Notes under the pieces: generated by a model
The model's input: only the letters and a program-made list of their open reading frames with translations
Database searches by the model: none
What the model was told of the DNA's origin: nothing
Origin: an uncultured Planctomycetota bacterium
Lineage (GTDB): Bacteria > Planctomycetota > PUPC01
NCBI GenBank assembly: GCA_964505325.1
Contig: CAZDHT010000004.1
Coordinates: 1 to 55,730 of the forward strand
Length of the DNA stretch: 55,730 nucleotides
Direction of reading: 5' to 3'
In this document: piece by piece, positions 1 to 8,358 of the stretch
Layout: every line of letters begins with the position of its first letter
How positions within the stretch are numbered: the stretch's first letter is position 1
Made by a program: the position numbers and the translations under genes

Positions 1-156
1 ACACGCAACAAAGACTCAGCACACGGTTCATCATCTCAGTTCTCCATTGACCAATCATCACACCTCACGGCAGGAAACGTCCCCGTAAAGAAATTCCGTG
101 CCGCCCTCAGGCCCTGGCGATCCAAACTTGTACGTGCTGTTTGTCAACCTATGTCT

Positions 157-1569
157 CTACTTCCTCTCCCACCGGACGCCGTCGGGGGTGTCTTTGAGGG
201 TGATGCCCTGGGCGGCGAGGTCGGCGCGGATGGCGTCGGCGCGCGCGAAGTCCTTGGCCTTTCGGGCGGCCTCGCGCTCGGCGATGAGGGCCTCGACATC
301 GGCGTCGAGCGACTCCTCTCTTGCTTCGGGCAGCACGCCGAGGACCCGGTCGAACTTGCGAATCACCGCAGCGGCCCTGGCGCCGTCCGCCGCGCCGACG
401 TCGAGCCTGTTGACGTCCCGCACGAAATCAAAGATGTGCCCCAGCGCCCCGGCGATGTTCAGGTCGTTGTCCATCGCCGCCTCGAAGTCCGCCTCGACCT
501 CCTCGAGCCGCTTCTCGACCTCCGGGTCCTCACCATCGCCGGTGGCCGCTTCCATGTTCGCGACGAATTCCTTGAGCCGCTTGATGGCGGCGTCCGACGC
601 CTCGACCGTGTCAAACGTGAAGTTGAGCTGCTGCCGGTAGTGCGCGGAGAGCAGCGTGTAGCGGATCGGCATCGGGTCCAGGCCCCTGTCGAGCAGGTCG
701 CGGATGGTATAGAAGTTGCCTTTGGACTTCGACATTTTGCCCCCGTCGACCAGCAGGAACCGCGCGTGGAGCCAGTACTTGACGAAGGGCTTTCCGGTGG
801 CGCCTTCGGACTGGGCGATCTCGCATTCGTGGTGCGGGAAGATGTTGTCCTCGCCGCCGGTGTGGATGTCGATGGTGTCGCCCAGGTACTTCTGCGACAT
901 CGTCGAGCACTCGAGGTGCCATCCCGGATAGCCAACGCCCCATGGGCTCTCCCACTTCATAATGTGGTTTGGGTCCGTGACCCAGAGCGCGAAGTCGTGG
1001 GGGTTCTTCTTGTCCGGGTTCACGTCGATCCGGGCGCCCGCTTCGAGCTTGTCGAGCGTGTTGCCGGAGAGCTTGCCGTATTCGGGGAACGTCGTCACGT
1101 CGTAGTAGACGCACCCGTTGACCTCGTAGGCATGACCCTTGGCGATGAGGGCCTTCACTGTCTGGATCATGTCGCCGACGTGCTCGGTAGCGCGGGGATA
1201 GACCTTGGCGCGCTTGAGGCCGAGCGCGTCGATGTCCTCGAAGAAGGCGTTCATGTAGAACTCGGCGATCTGCCACGGGTCTTTCTTCTCGGTGCGGGCA
1301 GCCTTTTCGAGCTTGTCCTCGCCCTCGTCGGCGTCGCTGGTCAAGTGGCCGACGTCGGTGATGTTCATGACCTGGTCGACCTCGTAGCCCTTGTACTCGA
1401 GGTAGCGACGCAGCAGGTCGGCCAGCATGAACGAGCGGAAGTTGCCGATGTGCGCGTACATGTAGACGGTCGGGCCACAGTTGTACATCTTGACCTTCCC
1501 CGGCTCGACCGGAACGAACTCCTCCTTGCGGTTGGTCAGCGTGTTGTAGAGCGTCAGCGGCATCGTCAT
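157..1569 (-). CDS. cysS: cysteine--tRNA ligase
   Basis: 470-aa ORF. Class-I synthetase signatures are visible (GPTVYMYAHIGN HIGH-type, KMSKSKGN KMSKS-type) and the sequence is CysRS-like end to end. Confidence 0.95.
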   Translation of the reverse strand: MTMPLTLYNTLTNRKEEFVPVEPGKVKMYNCGPTVYMYAHIGNFRSFMLADLLRRYLEYKGYEVDQVMNITDVGHLTSDADEGEDKLEKAARTEKKDPWQIAEFYMNAFFEDIDALGLKRAKVYPRATEHVGDMIQTVKALIAKGHAYEVNGCVYYDVTTFPEYGKLSGNTLDKLEAGARIDVNPDKKNPHDFALWVTDPNHIMKWESPWGVGYPGWHLECSTMSQKYLGDTIDIHTGGEDNIFPHHECEIAQSEGATGKPFVKYWLHARFLLVDGGKMSKSKGNFYTIRDLLDRGLDPMPIRYTLLSAHYRQQLNFTFDTVEASDAAIKRLKEFVANMEAATGDGEDPEVEKRLEEVEADFEAAMDNDLNIAGALGHIFDFVRDVNRLDVGAADGARAAAVIRKFDRVLGVLPEAREESLDADVEALIAEREAARKAKDFARADAIRADLAAQGITLKDTPDGVRWERK

Positions 1570-2024
1570 TTCTCTGTCTTGCGTTCCTTGACCTTCCTTA
1601 AGGTCCGAACATCTTGGCGGTGTCGTGGATGTTCTATTCCCTCCTTCGAGCGGATGAGGTCGTCCAGATGCAGCCAGTTCACCTCCGTGGGACCGTAATG
1701 GTCACGGACTCGCCTGCCCCAAGCCGCGCCAAAGTCAGGGATGCCGTTCAGCCCAAGCAGCAGGTCCACGCGGTCCGGCGCGACGCCGATTTGCACGATC
1801 TGCTCGGTCTCGTCAGGGTCGATTAACCAGGGGCTGCCAAACTCAGCAAGCGCCTCGTTGGCGCGTTGGACATTGTCCGGTGACGGGTCTATGAAGAGAT
1901 CCATGTCCTTGGTTGCCCGAGGTCTGGCGTGATAGATGAACGCAAATCCCCCGACGATGAGGTAGCGAACACAATGCTTCTCAAGGAGTTGAAGCAAGTC
2001 CAGGAAGTCGCGGATCACTTCCAT
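1566..2024 (-). CDS. small nucleotidyltransferase-fold protein (MNT/DUF6036-like), putative toxin-antitoxin component
   Basis: 152-aa ORF. The N-terminal YLIVGGFAFIYH...KDMDLFI pattern is typical of minimal nucleotidyltransferase-fold proteins. Its TGA overlaps the cysS ATG (ATGA), and its start overlaps the upstream small ORF by 10 nt. Confidence 0.6.
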   Translation of the reverse strand: MEVIRDFLDLLQLLEKHCVRYLIVGGFAFIYHARPRATKDMDLFIDPSPDNVQRANEALAEFGSPWLIDPDETEQIVQIGVAPDRVDLLLGLNGIPDFGAAWGRRVRDHYGPTEVNWLHLDDLIRSKEGIEHPRHRQDVRTLRKVKERKTEK

Positions 2025-2230
2025 TGGTCTTCCTCATCATCCTCCCAGTTGGCGTCGGCCCCCTTGATCAGTCTCACGTCCTCGCGGATGGTGACGAGCG
2101 CCGACAGACGGTCCTGCGGTGTGAGTGCCTGCCAGAACTCGAGGTCCCAGTCTTCCGCCTCCTCGTGGCTGTGGGCGATGTTGCCGACGATCCGTTTCCG
2201 GCGCTCTTCGCTTCGTTCTTTCAGGCCCAC
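2015..2230 (-). CDS. small acidic protein, putative partner of the nucleotidyltransferase-fold protein
   Basis: Track ORF 2015..2278. I prefer the GTG at 2230 because GAGGAG lies 6 nt upstream and there is no overlap with ispF. The family is not recognised; the call rests on size, coupling and position. Confidence 0.4.
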   Translation of the reverse strand: MGLKERSEERRKRIVGNIAHSHEEAEDWDLEFWQALTPQDRLSALVTIREDVRLIKGADANWEDDEEDQWK

Positions 2231-2240
2231 GTTGGCTCCT

Positions 2241-2714
2241 CTACAGGTCGGAGAGAGTTGCGACCGCTTCCGCTGCAATGGCTTCGCCGCGGCCGACGCT
2301 GCCGAGGCCCTCGGCGGTCTTGGCCTTCACATTCACCGATTCGGCGGGCAGCCCGAGGTCGGCGGCGATGTGCTCGCGCATCGTGCTCTTGTGCGGCCCG
2401 AGCTTCGGCCGTTCCAGCCGCACCGTCGCGTCGAGCTGCACCACGCGCAGTCCCTTCTCCGCCAGCAGCGCCGACGCCCTCCGAAGCAGCTCGCGGCTGT
2501 CGGCGTCCTTGTACTGCGGGTCGGTATCAGGGAAGTGGTCGCCGATGTCGCCCAATCCAGCGGCGCCAAACATCGCATCGATAATCGCGTGCAGGAGCAC
2601 GTCGCCGTCGGAGTGAGCCGCGGCGCCGCGCGGCGAGTCGATCTCAACCCCGCCCACCACCAGCCGCCGCCCCTCGGCAAGCCGGTGAACGTCACCACCG
2701 ATACCGACACGCAT
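2241..2714 (-). CDS. ispF: 2-C-methyl-D-erythritol 2,4-cyclodiphosphate synthase
   Basis: MRVGIGGDVHRL..., HSDGDVLLHA and GDIGDHFPDTD motifs. Start taken at the internal ATG (MRVGIG) of track ORF 2241..2756. Confidence 0.95.
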   Translation of the reverse strand: MRVGIGGDVHRLAEGRRLVVGGVEIDSPRGAAAHSDGDVLLHAIIDAMFGAAGLGDIGDHFPDTDPQYKDADSRELLRRASALLAEKGLRVVQLDATVRLERPKLGPHKSTMREHIAADLGLPAESVNVKAKTAEGLGSVGRGEAIAAEAVATLSDL

Positions 2715-2822
2715 ATGATCCAGCCCTCCAAGCCAGGCTCCGCCAGTATAGCACAAACCGGAGCGACGACAAGCGCTCCGGCAGGTGGTCAGGCTCCCTG
2801 CGTTGCCTTATCGGTGCGGCCG

Positions 2823-3362
2823 TCAACAGCCGGGGTCGTGCGCCTGCTCGCCGTGGCGGCCGAGCGCCTCGGCGAATGCGTCGTACGCGTCCTGGTCAAA
2901 GAGAACGAAGAGCACCTTTTCGAGCGAGGAGTCCCCCGAGGCGAGATGTTCGCGCACCGTGGCCACCATCAGCCGGGCGCATTCATCCAGTGGGAACCCG
3001 GCGATGCCGGTGCCGATCGCGGGGAATGCGATAGACTTCAGTTGGTGCTCGTCGGCGCGGAGGAGGCTGTTGCGGGTCGACGCGATGAGGTTCTCCGCCG
3101 TGGTGGGCTCGCCGAGCGACATGCTGGCGGCGTGGATCACATACTTTGCCTTGAGCCAGCCGCCGTCGGTGACCGCGGCCTCGCCAAGCGGGATCGGGCC
3201 GATCCGGTCACACTCGTCCTGGATCGACGGCCCGCCCTTGCGGCGAATCGCGCCCGCCACGCCCCCGCCCAACTGAAGCTGATTGTTGGCGGCGTTGACG
3301 ATGGCGTCCGCTTCGACTTCGGTGATGTCGCCGAGCCGAAGTTCGATCTGCTCGTCGGCCAT
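2823..3362 (-). CDS. macro-domain protein (ADP-ribose binding / O-acetyl-ADP-ribose deacetylase-like)
   Basis: GDITEVEADAIVNAAN, GGGVAGAI and AFPAIGTGIAG motifs. Start at MADEQ within track ORF 2823..3395. Confidence 0.9.
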   Translation of the reverse strand: MADEQIELRLGDITEVEADAIVNAANNQLQLGGGVAGAIRRKGGPSIQDECDRIGPIPLGEAAVTDGGWLKAKYVIHAASMSLGEPTTAENLIASTRNSLLRADEHQLKSIAFPAIGTGIAGFPLDECARLMVATVREHLASGDSSLEKVLFVLFDQDAYDAFAEALGRHGEQAHDPGC

Positions 3363-3413
3363 TTTGGTTCCCTCCCGTGTTCGGTGACCGGTCACTGGTT
3401 ACTGCTCACTTCT

Positions 3414-3752
3414 TCACAGCACCTTCGCCCCCGGCTTCATCGGGCGCTCGGGCGAGACGATCACCACGTCGTCGCCTTCCTGCGCCGCCAGGAGCATGCC
3501 CTGGCTCTCGACGCCGCGCAGCACCGCCGGCTCGAGGTTCGCCACTACCACGAGCTGCTTGCCGTTCAACTCTTCGGCGGTGTAGTACGGCTTCAGGCCG
3601 GCCACCAACTGCCGCTCTTCGCCGCCCAGGTCGACCTTGATCACGTACAGCTTGTCTGCGTTCGGATGCGGCTCGACCGATTTGACCGTGCCGACCACCA
3701 GCTCCACCTTCTTGAAATCGTTGAACGAAACCATGTCAGCCATCCGCTCCAC
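3414..3752 (-). CDS. tRNA-binding OB-fold protein (CsaA/EMAP-like)
   Basis: 112-aa ORF. VGTVKSVEPHPNADKLYVIKVDLG...LVVVANL is characteristic of the CsaA / MetG C-terminal tRNA-binding domain. Confidence 0.85.
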   Translation of the reverse strand: MERMADMVSFNDFKKVELVVGTVKSVEPHPNADKLYVIKVDLGGEERQLVAGLKPYYTAEELNGKQLVVVANLEPAVLRGVESQGMLLAAQEGDDVVIVSPERPMKPGAKVL

Positions 3753-3818
3753 TCCCGTTCAGGGTCAAGGGTTCAGAGTTCAGCGTTGCCGCCCATGCAC
3801 CCGTGCACTCATGCGCAC

Positions 3819-6467
3819 CTACACCGGCTGGTCGGACGTCTGCTTCATCTCGATGTTGTGGTTCGGGCAGCGCCAGATGCACATTCCGCATCCGACGCAT
3901 TTCTCGTGGTCCAGTTGGATTTGCCAGCCATCGAGGCTGAAAGCAAACTGGTTGCAGAGCTGCTGGCAAATCTGGCACCCGGCTCCGCAGCCACAGGCGT
4001 AGCATCGCTGGGCCTCGGCGACCGCCTGCTCACGGGTCAGCGGCTCGCGATAGGTCCCCCAGTCCTGGCGGCGGTCGACGGCGGGCCGCAGGCTCACCGG
4101 GACCCGCCACCGGCGCGGGTCGTCGCCGTGGCGCAGGAGCACCTCGTCCACGTCCACCTGGTTCAACGCGGGTTCCGGCGCCAGAAAGGCGAACTCGCCG
4201 GCGAACTGCCGGTCGATGTACGCTGCGGCCCGCTTGCCGTCGGCGACGGCGCTGACCACGTCCATCCGCCCGCCCGTGCAGTCCCCCCCGGCGTACACGC
4301 CGGGCACGTTCGTCTGGCACGTCTCGCGGTCAATTCTGACGAAGCCCTTGTCCGATTCGACCGGCCCGACCAGATCCTTGTCGGCCTGCTGACTCACCGC
4401 GAAGATGACCGCGTCCAGCGAGAGCCGGAACTCCGTGCCCTCGACGATCTCCGGCCGCCGCCGGCCCGACGGATCCTGCTCGCCGAGCACGTGGTTGACC
4501 ATCCGCAGGCCGGCGACGACGCCGTCCTCAACCAACACCTCCTTGGGCGCGACGAGATACATCACCTTCACGCCCTCTTCCTCGGCCTCGACCACTTCCT
4601 CGGGCGTGGCGGGCATCTCGTCCTTGGTGCGGCGGTAGAGGATGTAAACATCCTCAGCGCCCAGGCGGAGACAGGTCCGCGCCGCGTCCACCGCCGTGAA
4701 CCCGCCGCCGATTACGCCGACGCGCTTGCCCAGCAACGCCGAGCCGTCCACCGCAACGTCGCGCAGGAAATCGACCGCCACCATACAGCCGTCCGCATCT
4801 TCACCAGGGATGCCCGGCGTCCCGCCGGTCCACGCCCCGATGCCCACGAAGACGGCGCCGAAGTCGTTCCTGAGCGAATCGAGCGTGACGTCCTTGCCCA
4901 GCGCGACGCCCGTCTTGATCTCGACGCCGAGCGCCCGCACCGATTCGATGTCCGCGTCGAGTTCCTCCGTGCCCATCCGGAACCGGGGGATGAACCAGCG
5001 GAGCGCCCCGCCGGCCCGGGTCTCTTTCTCGAACACGGTCACCTGGTATCCCGCCCGCGCCAGGTCATAGGCGCAGGACAGGCCCGCCGGCCCGGCACCG
5101 ACCACGGCGACCTTCTCATCTCGCGGGCCGGCGGTCTCGACCTGCGGCGTCCAGCCCTGCTCCCGGGCATATCGCAGCACGAAGTCTTTGATGTCCCGAA
5201 TTCGCAGCGGCTCGTCCTTCGACGCCCGGGTGCAGGCCTCCTCGCACGGATGATCGCAGATCTTCCCGCAGATCGACTGAAACGGGTTCTTCGAGCAGAC
5301 GAGCCGGTAAGCGACCTCGAACTCCTCGTCCGCAACCGCCCGGACGTAACCCTGTGCCGGCACGTGCGCGGGACAGTTGTACACACACGGCGCGGCCAGC
5401 CCGGGGTCCCGGACCTCGGCGTGTCCCTCGAAAATGGTCATCTCCGGCGCGGACTTGAGCTCGTTTACCACGACGTCTCGCATATCTCGGAATGCCTTGT
5501 AGCCGTGGGTTTTCATGTACTCCTTCACGCCGTGGATGAACTCGGGCATGAAACCGAATCCGTGCGTGAGGGTGGCGGTGCACAGGCCGACCAGGTCGGC
5601 GCCGCACATCGCCATCTCGACCGCGTCGCGCCACGTGTTCACGCCGCCGGTGGCGAACATGGCCGGCTCGGGACCGATCATCCGGCGGATCTCGTAGGCG
5701 TCCCGCTTCGCCAGCGGCAACACCCAGGAGCCGGACATGCAGGAAAGCCCGATCTCGCGCTGGAGCAGGTTGGTCGACTCCGCCGGCCGGTCGAGGTCCA
5801 GCGGCACAATCGCCAAGCGGTTGGCGTTGGAGCCGACGCAATCGGCCCCTGCGTCCACCGCCGCCTTGCAGACGTAGCGGATCACGCCGCCCTCCGGGGA
5901 CAACTTGACGAACACCGGGATGTTGGTTTCGGCCTTGACGGCCTTGACGATTTCGGCCACCGCTTGGGCATCGCAGCCGAGTGAGGCCCCTGACTTGTGG
6001 CCGCCGGCGGCTGCTGCGCCTCCGCTCATCTCGACGTTGAACGACATGTTTGGGCAGCCGAAGTTCAACTCGTTGACGTGCACGCCGGCGTCTTCGCACC
6101 GCTTGGCCAGCTTGACCCAGCCCTCCACGTCCTCGTCCACGTACGTGATGTTGGAGAACAGGATAAGGTCGGGGGTCTCTCTTCGGCCCTGTTCGATGAG
6201 TGCAAGGAGTTCGTCGAGGGTCAGCCGCTTTTCGGCGGTAAAGGCGAGGTATCCTTCTGCGTTGTAATAGCCGTACCGCGGCTTGCGGTTGATGTAGGGG
6301 ACCGGATAGAGGGTGAGCTTGAGGCTGGCCGCGGCCCAGCCATTCGCCTCGGCAGCGCGGAGCTGCTCGATGCTCATCGTGGTCGGGCCGGATGAGACGA
6401 AGAACGGGTTGCGAAAAGTCAGGCCGGCCACCTCGACGGGCAGATCAAAGTCAGTGTACTTCGCCAA
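3819..6467 (-). CDS. dihydropyrimidine-dehydrogenase-like fusion: DHOD/PreA-type FMN TIM barrel + GltD/PreT-type FeS/FAD/NADPH module + 2x[4Fe-4S] ferredoxin
   Basis: 882-aa ORF. N-terminus: GLTFRNPFFVSSGP, LNFGCPNM, FVKLSP, ATGGV (DHOD-like barrel). Middle: ICGKICDHPCEEACTR, VAVVGAGPAGLSCA, VIGGGFTAVDAA, GGDC. C-terminus: CxxCxxC...CVGCGMCIWRCP. Confidence 0.85.
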   Translation of the reverse strand: MAKYTDFDLPVEVAGLTFRNPFFVSSGPTTMSIEQLRAAEANGWAAASLKLTLYPVPYINRKPRYGYYNAEGYLAFTAEKRLTLDELLALIEQGRRETPDLILFSNITYVDEDVEGWVKLAKRCEDAGVHVNELNFGCPNMSFNVEMSGGAAAAGGHKSGASLGCDAQAVAEIVKAVKAETNIPVFVKLSPEGGVIRYVCKAAVDAGADCVGSNANRLAIVPLDLDRPAESTNLLQREIGLSCMSGSWVLPLAKRDAYEIRRMIGPEPAMFATGGVNTWRDAVEMAMCGADLVGLCTATLTHGFGFMPEFIHGVKEYMKTHGYKAFRDMRDVVVNELKSAPEMTIFEGHAEVRDPGLAAPCVYNCPAHVPAQGYVRAVADEEFEVAYRLVCSKNPFQSICGKICDHPCEEACTRASKDEPLRIRDIKDFVLRYAREQGWTPQVETAGPRDEKVAVVGAGPAGLSCAYDLARAGYQVTVFEKETRAGGALRWFIPRFRMGTEELDADIESVRALGVEIKTGVALGKDVTLDSLRNDFGAVFVGIGAWTGGTPGIPGEDADGCMVAVDFLRDVAVDGSALLGKRVGVIGGGFTAVDAARTCLRLGAEDVYILYRRTKDEMPATPEEVVEAEEEGVKVMYLVAPKEVLVEDGVVAGLRMVNHVLGEQDPSGRRRPEIVEGTEFRLSLDAVIFAVSQQADKDLVGPVESDKGFVRIDRETCQTNVPGVYAGGDCTGGRMDVVSAVADGKRAAAYIDRQFAGEFAFLAPEPALNQVDVDEVLLRHGDDPRRWRVPVSLRPAVDRRQDWGTYREPLTREQAVAEAQRCYACGCGAGCQICQQLCNQFAFSLDGWQIQLDHEKCVGCGMCIWRCPNHNIEMKQTSDQPV

Positions 6468-6631
6468 TTCAAGGACTCCTTCGACAGCGAATCGATGTTG
6501 CCCCCTCAGGTTCAGCTCAGATGTTAGCGCGAAAAGCCGTGCGAATCAATGGCCGCCGCCTGGCGGCTGAGGGGAGAGTAGTTCCGTGAGTCCAGCCACT
6601 TGGGTCGGACATGACCCGCCCTTTGAGTTGC

Positions 6632-6659
6632 TTGCATTCTGCATCGCGTTCGGTATATT
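6632..6659 (+). promoter_or_regulatory. sigma-70-type promoter candidate for the propeller gene
   Basis: TTGCAT (6632-6637), 16 nt, TATATT (6654-6659), about 65 nt upstream of the 6723 start. Confidence 0.45.
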
Positions 6660-6722
6660 GTCGGCTGCGCCATAAAGGCGTCCCGGTCGCGCACGCGAGC
6701 GTGAGGATAGGCAGGAGGTCGA

Positions 6723-8306
6723 GTGGTGAAACGGAATTGGCTGTTGCTCGGTGTGCTATTGTTGGTCATGTGTCCGGCGATCGCTCAGTCGGCGGACTGG
6801 AGTCAGTGGCGCGGTCCGGACCGCAACGGCATCGTGTTGAAAAGCCCCCCCCTGCCAGACAAGTGGCCGGCCGCAGGCCCGAAGAAGCTCTGGCAGAGCG
6901 AGGAGAAGGTGCCCAGCGGCGATGCCGGCGGATACGGCAGCGTGACCGTGGCGGACGGCCGGGTGTACTTGTTCGTGTGCTGGAAGTACCGCGTACCGCT
7001 CACCACGCGCACGCTGCCCGAACAGAACCTGAGACGGCTCGGCTGGCACCCGGCGAAGCCGCCCGCCGATTTGCTCAAGAAGATCGAGGACGCGCGGGTG
7101 TCGGACGAGCGGGCCAAGCTGAAAGGTGGCCGCCAGATCCAGGCTTGGCGCAAGAAGTGGGCCGAAACGAATATGGACAAAGAGCAGGTGAAGAAATTCG
7201 GCCGGTTCGCCTCCGACCGGATCTCCAGGGGCACGGGCGCGATGGACTTGGCGGTGCTCGATAAGCTGGCGACCATCCGCAACAAGAAGTTCGAAAGCCA
7301 GGAAGAACTGGACAAATGGTTTGCCGCCAACGACATTACCGGCAAGCTGAAGGCCACCATCGCGCGCTACGTTCCCACGTTTGTGCAGTTGGCGAACGAC
7401 ACCTTGCTGTGCGTCGACGCGGCAACAGGAAAGACTTTGTGGAAGATCAACTTCCCGGGCGTTCCGCAGGGCTACGGCTCGTCATGCACACCATGCATCG
7501 CCAACGGCCGCTGCTACGCGACCGGGTCCGACGGCGGCGTGTACTGCCTGGATGCCAAGACCGGCGCGGAAATCTGGAAGGCCAAGGTCGGAAGCCGGGC
7601 AAAAAACAGCTCGTTCGTGCTCGTGGACGGTGTCGCGGTCATCCCCGTCGGCCCGCTGACCGGGTTCGACCCCGACAACGGCAAAGTCCTGTGGAAGCAG
7701 GACAAGATCGGTTACGGGAACAGCTCACCGGCTTATTGGCGCAAGGACGGCAAGACCTACCTGGTCTGCAACATCCGCAACAAAGTAAGCTGCGTTGACC
7801 CGAAGACCGGAGACATCCTGTGGAGTGTCCGGGGCGGCGGCGACGCCACCCCCGCGATCGTCGGCGACTACATGGCGGTCGCCACGAACAGGAAGGACGC
7901 CAGCATCATCGCCTACAAGCTGTCGAAGACCAAGGCGGAGAAACTGTGGTCGATCGAGAAGTTCCTGGACCGCGGCGCCAGCCCGGTCATCCACGACGGC
8001 TTCGTGTACGCGATGGGCAATTCCGGCGCCTGGTGTGTGAATCTCCAGACCGGCGAAGTGGCGTGGCAGAAGAAGCTGGGGAATCCGGAGTACTCGTCGC
8101 CCATCGTCGCCGACGGCAAGCTGTTCGTGTCCGGCGCGCGCGGCGCTCTCATGATGGTCAAGGCGACGCCAGACGAGTGCAAGGTGCTGGGCAAGGCCAA
8201 GGCTTCGATGGCCTCGTGCACGTCCATCGCCTTCGCCGAAGGCAAGTTGTTCTTCCGCACCAGGGACGGAATCGCCTGCTACGAGCTCGCGAAGAAGGCC
8301 GAATGA
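6723..8306 (+). CDS. secreted PQQ-like (BamB-type) beta-propeller repeat protein
   Basis: 527-aa ORF with GTG start. Signal peptide (LLLGVLLLVMCPAIAQSA), DWSQWRGPDRNG start and repeated ...G.V.A.D..TG...W blades. A helical insert lies after the first blade. Confidence 0.85.
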   Translation: MVKRNWLLLGVLLLVMCPAIAQSADWSQWRGPDRNGIVLKSPPLPDKWPAAGPKKLWQSEEKVPSGDAGGYGSVTVADGRVYLFVCWKYRVPLTTRTLPEQNLRRLGWHPAKPPADLLKKIEDARVSDERAKLKGGRQIQAWRKKWAETNMDKEQVKKFGRFASDRISRGTGAMDLAVLDKLATIRNKKFESQEELDKWFAANDITGKLKATIARYVPTFVQLANDTLLCVDAATGKTLWKINFPGVPQGYGSSCTPCIANGRCYATGSDGGVYCLDAKTGAEIWKAKVGSRAKNSSFVLVDGVAVIPVGPLTGFDPDNGKVLWKQDKIGYGNSSPAYWRKDGKTYLVCNIRNKVSCVDPKTGDILWSVRGGGDATPAIVGDYMAVATNRKDASIIAYKLSKTKAEKLWSIEKFLDRGASPVIHDGFVYAMGNSGAWCVNLQTGEVAWQKKLGNPEYSSPIVADGKLFVSGARGALMMVKATPDECKVLGKAKASMASCTSIAFAEGKLFFRTRDGIACYELAKKAE

Positions 8307-8358
8307 GCTGCCCGCGTCCGGAGATGGACCCACGAACAGGCCGAACATCCTCATCTTC

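Noticed and set aside
1929-5984. 1351-aa plus-strand ORF, the longest in the track
   Set aside because: It lies antisense to five well-supported minus-strand genes (NTase, ispF, macro, CsaA, DPD-like). Its composition is extremely Arg/Ala/Gly/Pro/His-rich with no recognisable motif, which is the typical GC-rich shadow ORF.
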